Source: Isurus oxyrinchus
Lineage: Eukaryota
DNA: 64,000 bases
Direction: 5' to 3'
Assembly: GCA_026770705.1 (NCBI GenBank)
Contig: JANJGN010000001.1
Span: 38,378,001-38,442,000, forward strand
Part shown: positions 1-11,067 of the stretch, piece by piece
Position numbering within the stretch: the stretch's first letter is position 1
Layout: each line of letters opens with the position of its first letter
Position numbers and translations under genes: made by a program
Notes under the pieces: generated by a model
Database searches by the model: none
Seen by the model: the letters and a program-made list of their open reading frames with translations, nothing else
Told to the model about the DNA's origin: nothing

Positions 1-320
1 GGACATCTCTGTGGCTTGAAAGGATATTGGAGAGGGAGGGGGAGGATGCAGTTGTTGTGGTCCACGCTGGGACAAATAACATAGGTAAGACTAGGAAAGA
101 GGACCTGTTTGGGGATTATCAGGAACTAGGAACTAAATTAACGAACAGGTCCTCAAGGGTTATAATCTCTGGATTACTACCCAAACCACGTGCTAATTGG
201 CATAGGGACGTGAGAATAAGGGAAGTAAACACATGGCTAAAGGAGTGGTGCAGGAAAGGGGGGTTCCATTTCATGGGGCACTGGCATCTGTATTGGAACA
301 GGAGGGATCTGTACTGTTGG
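1..320 (+). mobile_element. CR1 LINE ORF1 fragment (SGNH/GDSL esterase domain), truncated by the window edge
   Basis: ORF 27-359 has VVVHAGTNNIG...VIISGLLP...WLKEWC...F.F..HW, typical of the CR1 ORF1 esterase. It is an inverted copy of ~546-865. Confidence 0.85.
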
Positions 321-1924
321 GCTCTCCTGGGCTCTCCTTTCTTTTCAGTTTTTTCATAATTTTCCATGATGTTGAATCCACCCCCCCACATGCTAACCTG
401 CTGCTTTGTTTCTCATTAGTCATACTTCTTGGAGTTTTACCCTTCCCTTCCCCCCACACTTTCTAGTTTAAAGTCCTGTTGACCACTCTATTTACCCTTT
501 TTGCTAGAACATTGGTCCCAGATCAGTTCAGGTGGAGACCGTCCCAACGGTATAGATCCCTCCTGTTCCAATACTGATGCCAGTGCCCCACAAAATGGAA
601 CCCCTCTTTCCCGTACCACTCCTTTAGCCACGTGTTTACTTCCCTTATTCTCGTGTCCCTATGCCAATTTGCACGTGGTTCGGGTAGTAATCCGCAGTTT
701 ATAACCCTTGAAGACCTGTTCTTTAATTTAGTTCCTAGTTCCTGATAATCCCCAAACAGGTCCTCTTTCCTAGTCTTACCTATGTTATTTGTCCCAGCGT
801 GGACCACAACAACTGCATCCTCCCCCTCCCTCTCCAATATCCTTTCAAGCCAGTCAGAGATGTCCCTCACCCTGGCACCGGGCAGGCAACATACCATGCA
901 GGACTCTCGATCCTGCTTACAAAAGATGCTATCAATTCCCCTAATTATAGAAACCCCTACAACTACCACGTCTTTGTGCTCCCCACTCTTGAATGGCCTC
1001 CTGTGCCACGGTGCTGTGGTCAGCTGGCTCATCCTCCCTACAGCCCTGTTCCTCATCCACACAGGGAGCAAGTACCTCGCACCTGTTGGACAAGGTGAAG
1101 AGCTGAGGCTCCTCTGTTCCTGAACACAGGATCCCTCTACCTGCCTCACATGCAGTCACACCCTGCTGACCCTGACCACTGACCAAATTTAAGGTACTTA
1201 ATCTACCGGGTGTGACCCCTTCCTGAAACAAAGTGTCCAGGTAACTCTCCCCCTCCTGGATGTGCTGCAGCATCCGGAGCTCAGACTCCAGCTTATCAAT
1301 TCTGAGCCGGAGTTCCTCCAGCAATCAACACTTGCTGCAGATGTGGTCACTGCGCCTCGCAATGGGATCTGCCAGATCCCACATCATACAGCTACAGTAC
1401 ATCACCTGCCCAGCCATCTCCACTTAGATAATTAATTTATTAATTAGCTTTGCAGTGTTTTTTTTTAATTTGGTGCAGATTTTCTACCAACCAATCAGGT
1501 CACTGCTTTCCTGTGACATCACTTTTTCAATTTTGGCTTCAGTTAATCTGTGCCCCGAGGTCACCGCTCCAGTGCTCCTCCCTCTGAGTCTGGTCCCTGG
1601 AGACAATGCTGTGAATCCCCAAGGTAAGCTAGATTTATACTCACCGCTCCGGTGCTCCTCCCTCCAAGTCTGCTCCCTGGAGACAAGGCCGCGAATCCCC
1701 GAGGTAAGCTAGATTTATACTCACCGCTTCAGTGCTCCTCCCTCCGAGTCTGCTCCCTGGACACAAGGCCGCATATCCCCCAGGTAAGCTAGATTTATAC
1801 TCACCGCTCTGGTGCTCCTCCCTCTGAGTCTGCTTCCTGGAGACAAGGCTGCGAATCCCTGAGGTAAGCTAGATTTATACTCACTGCTCTGGTGCTCCTC
1901 CCTCTGAGTCTGCTCCCTGGAGAC
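321..1924 (-). mobile_element. CR1 LINE 5' part: 5' UTR plus frameshifted ORF1 (Zn-finger/leucine zipper + SGNH esterase)
   Basis: ORF 941-1324 gives LEELRLRIDKLESEL (zipper). ORF 523-1149 gives VVVGVSIIRG, CCLPGARVRDI, HAGTNNIG, DGLHLN (esterase blocks). Confidence 0.88.
1561..1924. repeat. 80-bp tandem array (~4.5 units) in the CR1 5' UTR
   Basis: Unit nAGGTAAGCTAGATTTATACTCACCGCT...GTGCTCCTCCCTCnnAGTCTGCTCCCTGGAGACAAGGC..GAATCCCC starts at 1621, 1701, 1781 and 1861. A partial unit starts at 1561. Confidence 0.95.
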
Positions 1925-1959
1925 TAATGTGTGCTAATCCCAGCCTCTCCTCATCTAAC

Positions 1960-2600
1960 TGATCTGCTCCACTGTTGTTTGGCCAGATCCAGGATGTCCT
2001 CCTCCGTTTGTGACAGCACTGCCAAGTTTGGAACTCCCCCACTGGTCCTCATCCTCTCCTGCGAAGACAATGGGACAACAATGAGTTCCATATTTAGAGC
2101 AATCAGCTCCTCACAGTGGTTTCCACAAGATGCTTCTCTCCTCCATGTCGCAGAGTTCCTCCCGTGGCATTTATCCTTTCCCACCCTCACATCCCAGCAC
2201 CCAAAAGCCTGGCATAGTGTCAAGGCTCCTTGAGTTGCCATTGTGGGCATGCGGAGACAATTATCCATTCCTCTGACTAACAATTCCCAAGCACGACACA
2301 TGCATACCCTCCAATAGGTATCTGCCCACTTTGAGAGTTTGGATCCTCCCTCACTCTTGCAGCACGGAGAAGGCATTAACCCTTTTGCAGCACTGTAGCC
2401 ATGTTCTACGGATGATCCTGTGATGACCCTGTGCCTACGGACCTCCTCTGCTACCTCCATGCAGGCTTGCTTGGTCAGTGGGGATGCCTCCTCTTCCCAT
2501 CCTGTGGGAGGAGAAACTCCCACTGCTGGGTCACAGCCTGGAGGAGGTCGCACATTGAGTCATTATCAAACCATGGGGCTGTCCATGATTGTGCCTCTGC
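1960..2600 (-). pseudogene. Harbinger Myb/SANT-like accessory gene remnant
   Basis: APWFDND..LLQAV..QWEFLLPQDGKRR / LTKQACMEVAEEV, followed by an exon-2-like QERMRTSGGVPNLAVLSQTEEDILDLA. Same architecture as the copy at 37008. Confidence 0.65.
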
Positions 2601-3054
2601 CATTGATCTAGGAAGGCAATCATATTGCCTTTTCTCAATCAACATAGGTGGTGAATATCTGGATATGCAGTCAACAGTCATGGTGAGCACGTCAGGAAGG
2701 CTGGGATTGGCAAGGATGATGATAGGCCTTCTGCAGGAGATTTTAAGTGCCCTTCATTGCACATTGACCACCTGATGTGGCCCCTCTGTTGCCTTGATAC
2801 ACTTGGTTGATGGCCCTTTAACCCCCCCCCCCCACCCCCCCCAACAATGGCAGTTGCTCCCTGGTGAGCCCCCACCCCTGCCCAGCTTAAAACACCCTTT
2901 CTTCTCTTTCCTTGCTGGCAGTCCTGCCAATTGGCTGCTAATTCTCCAGCTAGTGTTCAATCACAATGGGGCCATGGGAATGGGTGGGAGTGGGCACGCC
3001 ATATACTCCTGCTTACACCGCCATCACCCCACCGCATAGTGTGAGGTTCCGGCA

Positions 3055-3388
3055 TTTGTGTGAAGAAAAGTTTTATAACTATCCTCCTGAATAGCCTGTC
3101 TCTGATTTTAAGTTTATGTCTCCTTTCCTAGACTCCTCCACCAGCAGAAAATGTTCCTGTCTAATTACCCCATCATTTCCTTCCAAACTCCTAAAACTCT
3201 CAACCAAATCATTCTTTAACCTTCAATGTTCTAGGATATATAAGCCTAGTTTATGTAATCTCTCCTCATAATTTAGCCCCGGTAACATTCTAATGAATCT
3301 GCTCTATACTCCTTTCAGGGCCAATATATCCTTTCTAAGGTATAATGCCCAGTACTGTACACAATACCATGGATATGGTCTAACCAGA
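3055..3388 (-). mobile_element. CR1 LINE ORF2 C-terminal fragment
   Basis: Antisense homology to the CR1 RT C-terminal region seen at 8857-9362 and 20165-20892. Confidence 0.7.
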
Positions 3389-3414
3389 GTAGCAGGTGGT
3401 AAGAGAACCAACAT

Positions 3415-4800
3415 GATGGCAAAATTACTTGAGTTCATCCTCATGACTCTGCTGTCACACATGCATATATTCATGCCTATACTGGTAGGAGTGGCCCCCC
3501 AAAGTCCTTGTGAAGATGAAGACTAAACTTCACACTGAAACCACCCTCCATTGCACCATGCTAAATGGGATCAATTCAAAACAGGTCTTGCAGCTCAAAA
3601 CTGGGCATCCATGAGCAGCAGAAGTTTTTTCTATCACAATCTGTAACCTCATGGCTCAGCATATCCAGCACTACACCATTATCATTAAGCCAAGAGGCCA
3701 ATCCTGGTTCAATGAGTGTAGTAGAGTATGTCAAGAGCTAGACAAGGAATACCTAAAAATGAGCCACCAACCTGATGCAGCTGCAACACAGGACTGCTTT
3801 TATGCTATATTGCAGAAGCAGCATGCGAGAGACCTAAGCGATTCCACACTAACTGATCAGATCAAAGTTCTGCAGTCCTGTCAATGCATGGTTGTGGACA
3901 ATTAAACAACCAAAGGGAGGAGGAAGCTTCACAAACATCCTCATCCTCAATGATGGCAGAATCAGTGCAAAAGACAAGGCTAAAGTATTTGCAACAATCT
4001 TCAGCCAGATGTGCCAAGTGGATGGTCCATCTTGGCCTCCTCTGGAGGGCCCCAACATGGATGCTAGTCTTTAGCCAATTCGATTCAGTCCATGTGATAT
4101 CAAAAAACAGCTGAGCTCAATGGATAAGGCAAAGGCTCAGGGCAATGACAAAATCCTGACTGTAGCACGGAAGACTTGTGCTTCAGAACTAGCCATGCCC
4201 CTAGCCAAGCTGTTCCAGTACAGATGCAATGCAGGCATCTATATAATCATGTGAAAAGTTGCCCAGGTATCATGTCCTGTCTACATAAACAGGTTAAATC
4301 CAATCCGAACAATTACCGCCCTATCAGTTTATTCTCAATCATCGGCAAAGAGATGGATGGTGTCATCAACAATACAATCAAGTGGCACTTGCTCAGCAAA
4401 CACATGTTCACCTTGCTCAGTTTGGGTTCTGCCAGGGCCACTCGGCTCCAGACCTCATTACAGCCTTGGTCCAAACATGGACGAAACAGATGGATCCCAG
4501 AGATGAAGTGAGAGTGCCCTTGACATCAAGGCAGCATTTGACTAAGTGTAGCATCAAGGGGCCTTGGCAAAATTGAAGTCAATTTTAAAATTGAATTCAG
4601 GAAAACTCTCCAAAAGTTGGAGTCATACCAGCACAAAGGAAGGTGATTGTGGTTGCTGGAGGTCAATCATCTCAGCCAGAGAACATCATTGTAGGTGTTC
4701 CTCTGGGTAGCATCTTAGGTCCAACCATCTTCAGCTGCTTCGTCAAAGAGCTTCCTTCCATCATCAGACCAGAAGTGGAGATACTTACTGATGATTATGT
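3415..4800 (+). mobile_element. Family-B (CR1-group) LINE, degenerate endonuclease-end and RT fragment
   Basis: KSNPNNYRPISLFSIIGKEMDGVIN, QFGFCQGHSAPDLITALVQTWTK and GVPLGSILGPTIFSCF-like segments, spread over several frames. Confidence 0.85.
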
Positions 4801-4809
4801 AGCGTAAAA

Positions 4810-4968
4810 ATGTCAGTTGAGACTTTAATTACCTTAACAGGCCTTTTAATTGTTGGCGGGTGTGCTCCTGATTCCTGCGCACGGCCGCTTGCTCGACGTC
4901 AACATGCGACATTTCATACTCGATTGAGTCGGGCGCGTGCCCACCCTCCCAAGTAAAAATTTTGCCCA
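4810..4968. mobile_element. Harbinger-type MITE terminal fragment
   Basis: Ends in AAAATTTTGCCC, the terminus type shared with 11258, 34190 and 40488. Confidence 0.5.
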
Positions 4969-5097
4969 AGAACACTTTGGTCAAAAGAGAAGAAGAGCTT
5001 AATGTTTTTTTTAAAAAGGACTTGGGTCTGCTCGTAGAAGGAATACAGAAAGTTAACATACAGGTAGAGCAAGCAATTAGGAAGACAAATGGCATGA

Positions 5098-7020
5098 AAG
5101 AAATAGGAGCATATAGCTCATTGAGCCTGCTCCGCCATTCAGTATGATCATGGCTGATCTTGGGCTTCACCTCCATTTCCCTGCCCACTCTCCAAACCCA
5201 TTAATCCTCTGAGAGACCAAAAATCTGTCTATCCCAGTCTTAAACATATTCAATGATGGAGCATCCACAACCATCTGGGACAGCGAATTCCAAAGATTCA
5301 CAACCCTTTGAATGAAGTAATTTCCCTTCATCTCAGTTATAAATGATCGGCCCCTTATCCTGAGACTGTACATCCGTGTTTTAGATTCTCCAGCCAGCAG
5401 AAACAATCTCTCAGCATCTGCTCTACAAGCCCCTTCAAAATCTCATACATTTCAGTGAGATCACCTCTCATTCTTCTAAGCTCTGGAGAAAATTGACCCA
5501 ATTTGCTCCGCTTCCCATCATAGGACAACCCCCTCATCACAGTTTGTGTACCACCTCCAATGCATGTATATCTTTTCTTAAATATGGAGATCAAAATTGC
5601 ACTCAGCACTCCAGATGTTATCTCACCAAAACCCTATACAAATCTAGCAAGACTTCTCTATTCCTATACTCCAATCTCCTTGCAATAAAGGCCAACATGC
5701 CATTTGTCTTCCTAATTGCTTGCTGTGCCTGCAAGTTAACTTTTTGTGTTCCTTCTTCAAGCACACCCAAGTTTTTTTGAACATCAACACTTACACAAGT
5801 TTCTCATCTTTAACAAAATAGTCTGTTTTTCCATTCTTTCGACCAAAGTGAATAACTTCACATTTCCCTACATTATAATCCATCTGCCATCTTGTTGCCC
5901 ACTCGCTTAACCTGTCAACTTCTCTTTGCAGCCTCTCTATGTCCTCTCCACAGCTTACCTTACCACCTAGCTTTGTATCATCAGCAAACTTAGATATGTT
6001 AATCTCTGTCCCTTCATCTAAGTCATTAATATATATTGTAAATAGGTGAGGTCCCAGCACTGACCCTTTTGGTACTGTAAGTTTTTGATAATAGTACAAA
6101 TTTTTATGGTTTTATGTTGGTCTGAAGTAATATCTATGGCTTCTTTTCAATCACTTATTAAATAGTTCAGTTTGAATTTCTGTTAGTGGAAAACTTTACA
6201 GTTAAGGCTGGGAATAGGAAGGCAGTTACTTGTGAGAAACTACACTTAATGAATTTTATGACTCTGAATGTGCAAGTAAGAGCTTTTATGTCAGCTTTGA
6301 AGAAATGGCTAAAAAGTAGCTTGAACTTAGGATGACGCCTTATCTTTAAACAAGACCATATATTGGTTTAATTGACTAGCCATATCTGTAGGGTAAAACA
6401 TCTGTATCACAGGAAAACCTTTCTTTTCTGACTTTGTAGTAGGACGTGTTATTAACATTTCTTTTTAATGGTTTTAGTATCCAAGGGACTTGGGTTAAAA
6501 TATGTGAATGTGTACAAATGTTTGGACTATTTCCAAGTAAAGGATGAGAAGTAGGGATAAAAGTTGGAAAATCAAAGTCTTCGTTGGCTCAGTTTTACCA
6601 TGGTTTCTGTGATATAATTCTTCTGAGACATGTTTCAATGTAATCGTCACTTCAGAGACAGATGAAAAAAAGGCATTGTCTGTGCTGGCAGCACTTGAAG
6701 AATCCTTTAGGACCTTGAGTGATAAGAAAGTTTCACATTGTTTTCATTGTATTTTGTTAAGTATATGTAAAATCTTGCTTAATAAATTCTACTTGATTCA
6801 TAAATACTAGTTATTGGTACCTTGTTAGGTCAGACACAACTGAGAACCCCATTGTTAGAAATTAAAATTAGGAGTTTAGAGATTTTAATTAAAAGGGTTT
6901 TATACCTCAAACCCCTAAACATATAATACTCCACTACTCACTACCCGCCAACTTGAAAAAGTCCCATTTATGCCCATTTTCTGCTCCCTAACTGTTAACT
7001 AATACTCTAGCCATGCTACT
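5098..7020 (-). mobile_element. CR1 (HER1-like) LINE 3' part, interrupted at 6077-6926
   Basis: ORF 5791-6099 gives [29 protein letters not shown]. The 3' tail is near 5098, and RT resumes at 6927-7020. A short sense-strand piece of the same family lies at 5018-5097. Confidence 0.88.
6077..6926 (+). mobile_element. Unclassified ~850-bp insertion, possible solo LTR
   Basis: Splits the CR1 RT (ggTACT|...|TACTccact) with a 4-bp direct repeat. Begins near TGTAAG, has AATAAA at 6781, and contains no ORF. Confidence 0.45.
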
Positions 7021-7023
7021 ATA

Positions 7024-7304
7024 TGTTGTGTGTGCCTGCATGCCATTGTAATGTAAAGGTGCTCGGCAGAGCAAGAGTTAACATGGGACTGGAGAATAGC
7101 ACCACCCATGGTATGACATATAGAGTCACATGGTAAAAGACCAGAGAACAATTTAGAAGGAACCAGCCTGCATGGGAGCGGCACCATGCATGGCAGTAAC
7201 TGGGATCTATACATAGATAAGGATTATCAATAAATAGTTCATGTTTAGACATACAAATCTCAAGATCTCAATAATGAGACACGAAATCAACCCATAACAC
7301 AACA
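7024..7304 (+). repeat. 5' LTR of element 1 (281 bp)
   Basis: TG...CA ends with an 8-bp terminal inverted repeat and an internal AATAAA. Its first ~100 bp recur at 11123-11222. Confidence 0.85.
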
Positions 7305-7989
7305 TGGTGATCAGCAGTGGCATGAAAGGTGGCATTCAAATGATGAACTCAGAACAGAATCCCAAGAAATGAAAAAATAAAAGTAGCTGAAGCCTGACCA
7401 GAGAGATGTGCACCTAGGAAGAAACATTGAAGAAACAGTTGAAGAAGCTTCCCTACAGAGTTGCAAGTTAAGGAATCCACCAGAGTGAGTGGTGGCCCAT
7501 TGTAATATCCTGAGTCACGCAGTGAGGAACCTGGTCAGGTCACAAGATATGTGAGAAAAATTACGAAAAAGAGACCCTGAGAGATACAGAGTGAAGGAAC
7601 CTAATCAGATCACGGGACAAGTGTGCAAAATTACAAAAATATCTGTACTTACATTGTTGAATACGTAGCAGTTCCAGGGGCTCAGCATCCAGAGGGCAGC
7701 TGAAAGAGAGCTGCAGAAGGTGCCTAGAGCCGGCACCATAACACGTATTGGATGTACTGCTCTGAAGTGAATTTTTTAAAATAAGAACCTGCAGAGTTTA
7801 AGTAAGAAGAATCACCCTGAAATTGGTTTTACAGCTCTGAGGAGCAAATTGCTACATTTTTAAAAGTTTTAAAAAAAGGAAATGGCCTATGATGATGAAG
7901 GAGCCTGCCAAACCTGAATCAGTGTGGGAAACTCACAAAGAGAAAACCTACAGCCTGAGGGAATAAAACAGATAGCCTTATAGATGCAG

Positions 7990-8330
7990 TGGCATTTAAA
8001 GGTGCAACCAGTACAAAAAGAAACAGCCAAGGACAGAAAATTAGGAGAACCAGACCCATTTTGGATAAGGAAACAGCTAAACCAGACCCAAGAGTGGGAG
8101 TCTTCGAGAAGGGGATTTTTTGTTTACAGGAGAATTACAGGGTTAAATAAGGAATCACAAGAAGTACAAATTGATGTGTTTTTATTCGTTTTTGTTTCAT
8201 TTGCAGTGAAGTACTCCACAGCCAACATATAGATCAATACTCGATTACATTTGGTGAGATATTGAAAGTCTTTGACGGATATTATAAACTCCAAGTTGTG
8301 GAGAGCGCAGAACCTAGAAGAAGGTCTAGC
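7990..8330 (+). pseudogene. Gypsy gag N-terminal remnant
   Basis: PDPF...QEWESSRRGFFVYRRITGLNKESQEVQIDVFLF resembles the P.PF..EW..W..RF..YR...L....E.QI..LL start of Gypsy gag. Confidence 0.55.
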
Positions 8331-8359
8331 ATACCACCCAACAAAGTGCCATGTGCAAC

Positions 8360-8455
8360 AAAAGACCCTCAGTGAGGGCAACAGAAGAACCTAGAGCAAG
8401 GGAAACAAAAGACCCCAGAGTGAGGGAGACATAAGACCCCAGAACGAGGGAGACA
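8360..8455 (+). repeat. 24-bp tandem repeat, 4 copies
   Basis: Units at 8360, 8384, 8408 and 8432 (consensus nAAGACCCCAGAGTGAGGGAGACA). Confidence 0.85.
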
Positions 8456-8499
8456 ACGTTCAAGTATACCACAGGATGGTTGCCGACCATGTCAGTGCA

Positions 8500-10330
8500 A
8501 TGAAATGCATGAACTGAAGTGTTAGTGCAGAAGAAAGAAATGGCTAAGAAGCAGCCAAAAGGATTAAAAATAGAGCATTTTGAAAATGCTGACACAGTAA
8601 ACAAACTACAACAGGAGATTGCAGTGCCTAGTGAGCAGATGGCTATGAATGAAGGAAAACTACCTGAGGTAACGCAAAAGAAGCAAAACATGCAAAAAGT
8701 AAATTAAGCTTTTCTACAGGAAAACATTCACATCAGAGCTGAACTGGAAGATTTGAAGTGCAAGATTCAAGCTGAGAAAATGCACGATAAACTGAAATCT
8801 TCAATGAACTAAGTTGTTCAAGATCTGAACAAACAGATTTCAATAACGACACAAAGGATGTAAATGCATTGGAGGCAGCTCAAAGGAGGTTTACTAGATA
8901 GATACCTGGAATGAGTGGGTTGTCTTATGAGGAAAGGTTGGACAGACTGGGCTTGTTTCCACTGGAGTTTAGGAAAGTGAGGAGTGATTTGATTGAAGTA
9001 TACAAGATCCTGAATGGCCTTGGTAAGGTGGATGTAGAAAGGATGTTTCCTCTTGTGGCTGAGTCCAGAACTAGGGGTTTCTATTTTAAAATTAGGGGTC
9101 ACCCTTTTAGGACAGAGATGAGGAGAAATTTTCTCTCTCAGACTTTGGAATTCTCTGCCTCAGAAGGTGGTGGAGGCAGGACCATTGAATATTTTTAAGG
9201 CAGAGGTAGATAGATTCTTGTTAGGCAAGGGAATCAAAGATTATCAGGGTTAGATGGGAATATGGAAATTGAAACACAAGAAGATCAGCCATGATCTTAT
9301 TGAATGGCTGAGCAGTCCCAAGGGGCCAAATGGCCGATTCTTGTTCCTATTTCTTATGTTCTAAAGTTATCAGGAGGAAATAATGACCCTCAATTACATT
9401 GTTGGCAAATCAAAGCAGGAGTTGGGAAAACTCAAACCAGATGTACAGCCAGGCAAATCAGCAGGTGGAAAGTCACACAAAGAAGTTGTGACCCTGAAAG
9501 ATTCCTTGAAGAATCAATATGTAGCCATGGAAAAACATGAGGAGCGAAAAAGGACATTGAATATTACTTCAGAAAAACCTGCATTGGAATTATCAGTTGC
9601 AACAAACAATACACTGAAGCCCAGCGTGAATTGGGAAGAGGTCAACAAGAAAATAAACAGTTGAAAGAACAGTTGATTGTCCATCAAGATCAAATGCAAA
9701 AGAAGTGCATAACCATTCAGCAACATGAAGAAATGAAGACTGTCTTAAACAGCAGCATGGAAGAACAGCAGAATAAACTCAAGGAGGCTCCACTGAATTG
9801 CAGGAAAACTCAAGATGAGCCAAGTGAGCTTTATAAAGAATAGAAAAGCCTGTTGAGAGACCTTCACGTGCTACAAGGATCCCTCAGGTCAAAGTTTGTT
9901 CCTCTGGAAAATTACAGGGAAGCAACATTAATTTAACGTCACTCTGAACAAACTGAAGGACAAGTTGTTAGAGAAGACTCAGTAATGTTTCATAGTCCAG
10001 GAGGAAGCCCAAAGCTACAAGAATAAGACTGAAGAGTTAAAGAACCAGCTGAATGAAAAAAGGAGGCATTGAAAGGAAAAACTGTAGAACTTTCCAAGTT
10101 GCGAGTGGATAATGAAGTCATGAGTAGCACAATTACAGAACTAAAACAAGTTAAGACTTCACCGGAGACAGACCTGGCCAACAGTGAAACCAAATTAAGG
10201 ACAAGAACAAAGTCCTGTCGCAGACAGAGAAAGAAAAGACAAAAGTGAGATTGGAAAATGTAAATCTGACACTGAAGCATAACAAACTAAAAAAAGAAAC
10301 AGCACTGGGTGTCTCAGATATACTGAGCAC
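8500..10330 (+). pseudogene. Captured UACA/RAI14/ANKRD24/ANKRD35-like coiled-coil sequence (degenerate; CR1 inserted at 8857-9362)
   Basis: DKLKSSMN*VVQDLNKQISITTQ|SYQEEIMTLNYIVGKSKQELGKLK; SLKNQYVAMEKHEERKRTLN; ENKQLKEQL..HQDQMQKKCITIQQHEEMK; LQGSLRSKFVPLENYRE. These are colinear with the UACA coiled coil as I recall it (e.g. NQYVPVKTHEEVKMTLN). Confidence 0.7.
8857..9362 (+). mobile_element. 5'-truncated CR1 LINE inserted in the element 1 cargo
   Basis: MSGLSYEERLDRLGLFPLEFRKVRSDLIEVYKIL. 3' tail TTCTTATGTTCT. AAAG direct repeat at 8853-8856 and 9363-9366. Confidence 0.9.
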
Positions 10331-10851
10331 CATTGAGCTGATTGAAAACATTCATAAGATTGTAAAATGATTTGAAAATAAAACAGTAAATGAATGTTTG
10401 GCTGAAATTGTGAAACAAGTGGAAATGAAGATTCCATTTGCAAAATGGCAACATCCAGCAAGAACATGCAGGACTCCATGGAAAAAGAGAATTTGAGTCT
10501 AAGCTAGGACTGAATGGAGTGCACAATCCCCTTGGAAGGAACGGGACAAACTCGCAATGTTGGAAAAAAGCAGACGGGTTGTTAACAAAGAGAAATGCAA
10601 CTCGAAGGAGCACTAAAAGCAAATCATATGGAGATAACCAAGTACCAGAAACACAGAGTACTACTATCATTCCTCCAAATGAGACAGACCGCGATGTGGA
10701 GGAACTGTAAAGCCTCATGGCTGTCTGAATTTATGAAGTCAGAGACTTGGCGTGGGGGAGAATGGATAACAAGTAAAGATTGTATTGTAAATAGCTATAC
10801 TCCTTTAGAAGGGAGGAAAGTTTTCCTTTGAGAAGAAAGGAGATGCTGTGT

Positions 10852-11067
10852 TTTTTAAATTCATTTTATGGGATGTGGGCATCGCTGGCTAGGCCAACAT
10901 TTATTGCCCATCCCTAGCTGCCCTTGAGAAGGTGGTGGTGAACTGCTTTCTTGAACTGCTGCAGTCCATTTGGTGTAGGTAAACACATAGTGCTGTTAGG
11001 GAGGGAGTTCCAGGATTTTGACAGTGACAGTGAAGGAACAGTGATATATTTCCAAGTCAGCACGGTG
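10852..11067 (-). mobile_element. Family-B LINE 3' end inserted at the start of the element 1 3' LTR
   Basis: TTTT..ATGGGATGTGGGC...ATTTATTGCCCATCCCTA.TGCCCTTGAGAAGGTGGTGGTG, the same 3' end as at 21380 and 54258. Confidence 0.9.

Noticed and set aside
1561-1924. CRISPR-like appearance of the regular repeats
   Set aside because: Whole 80-bp units repeat with no unique spacers, the context is eukaryotic, and there are no cas genes.
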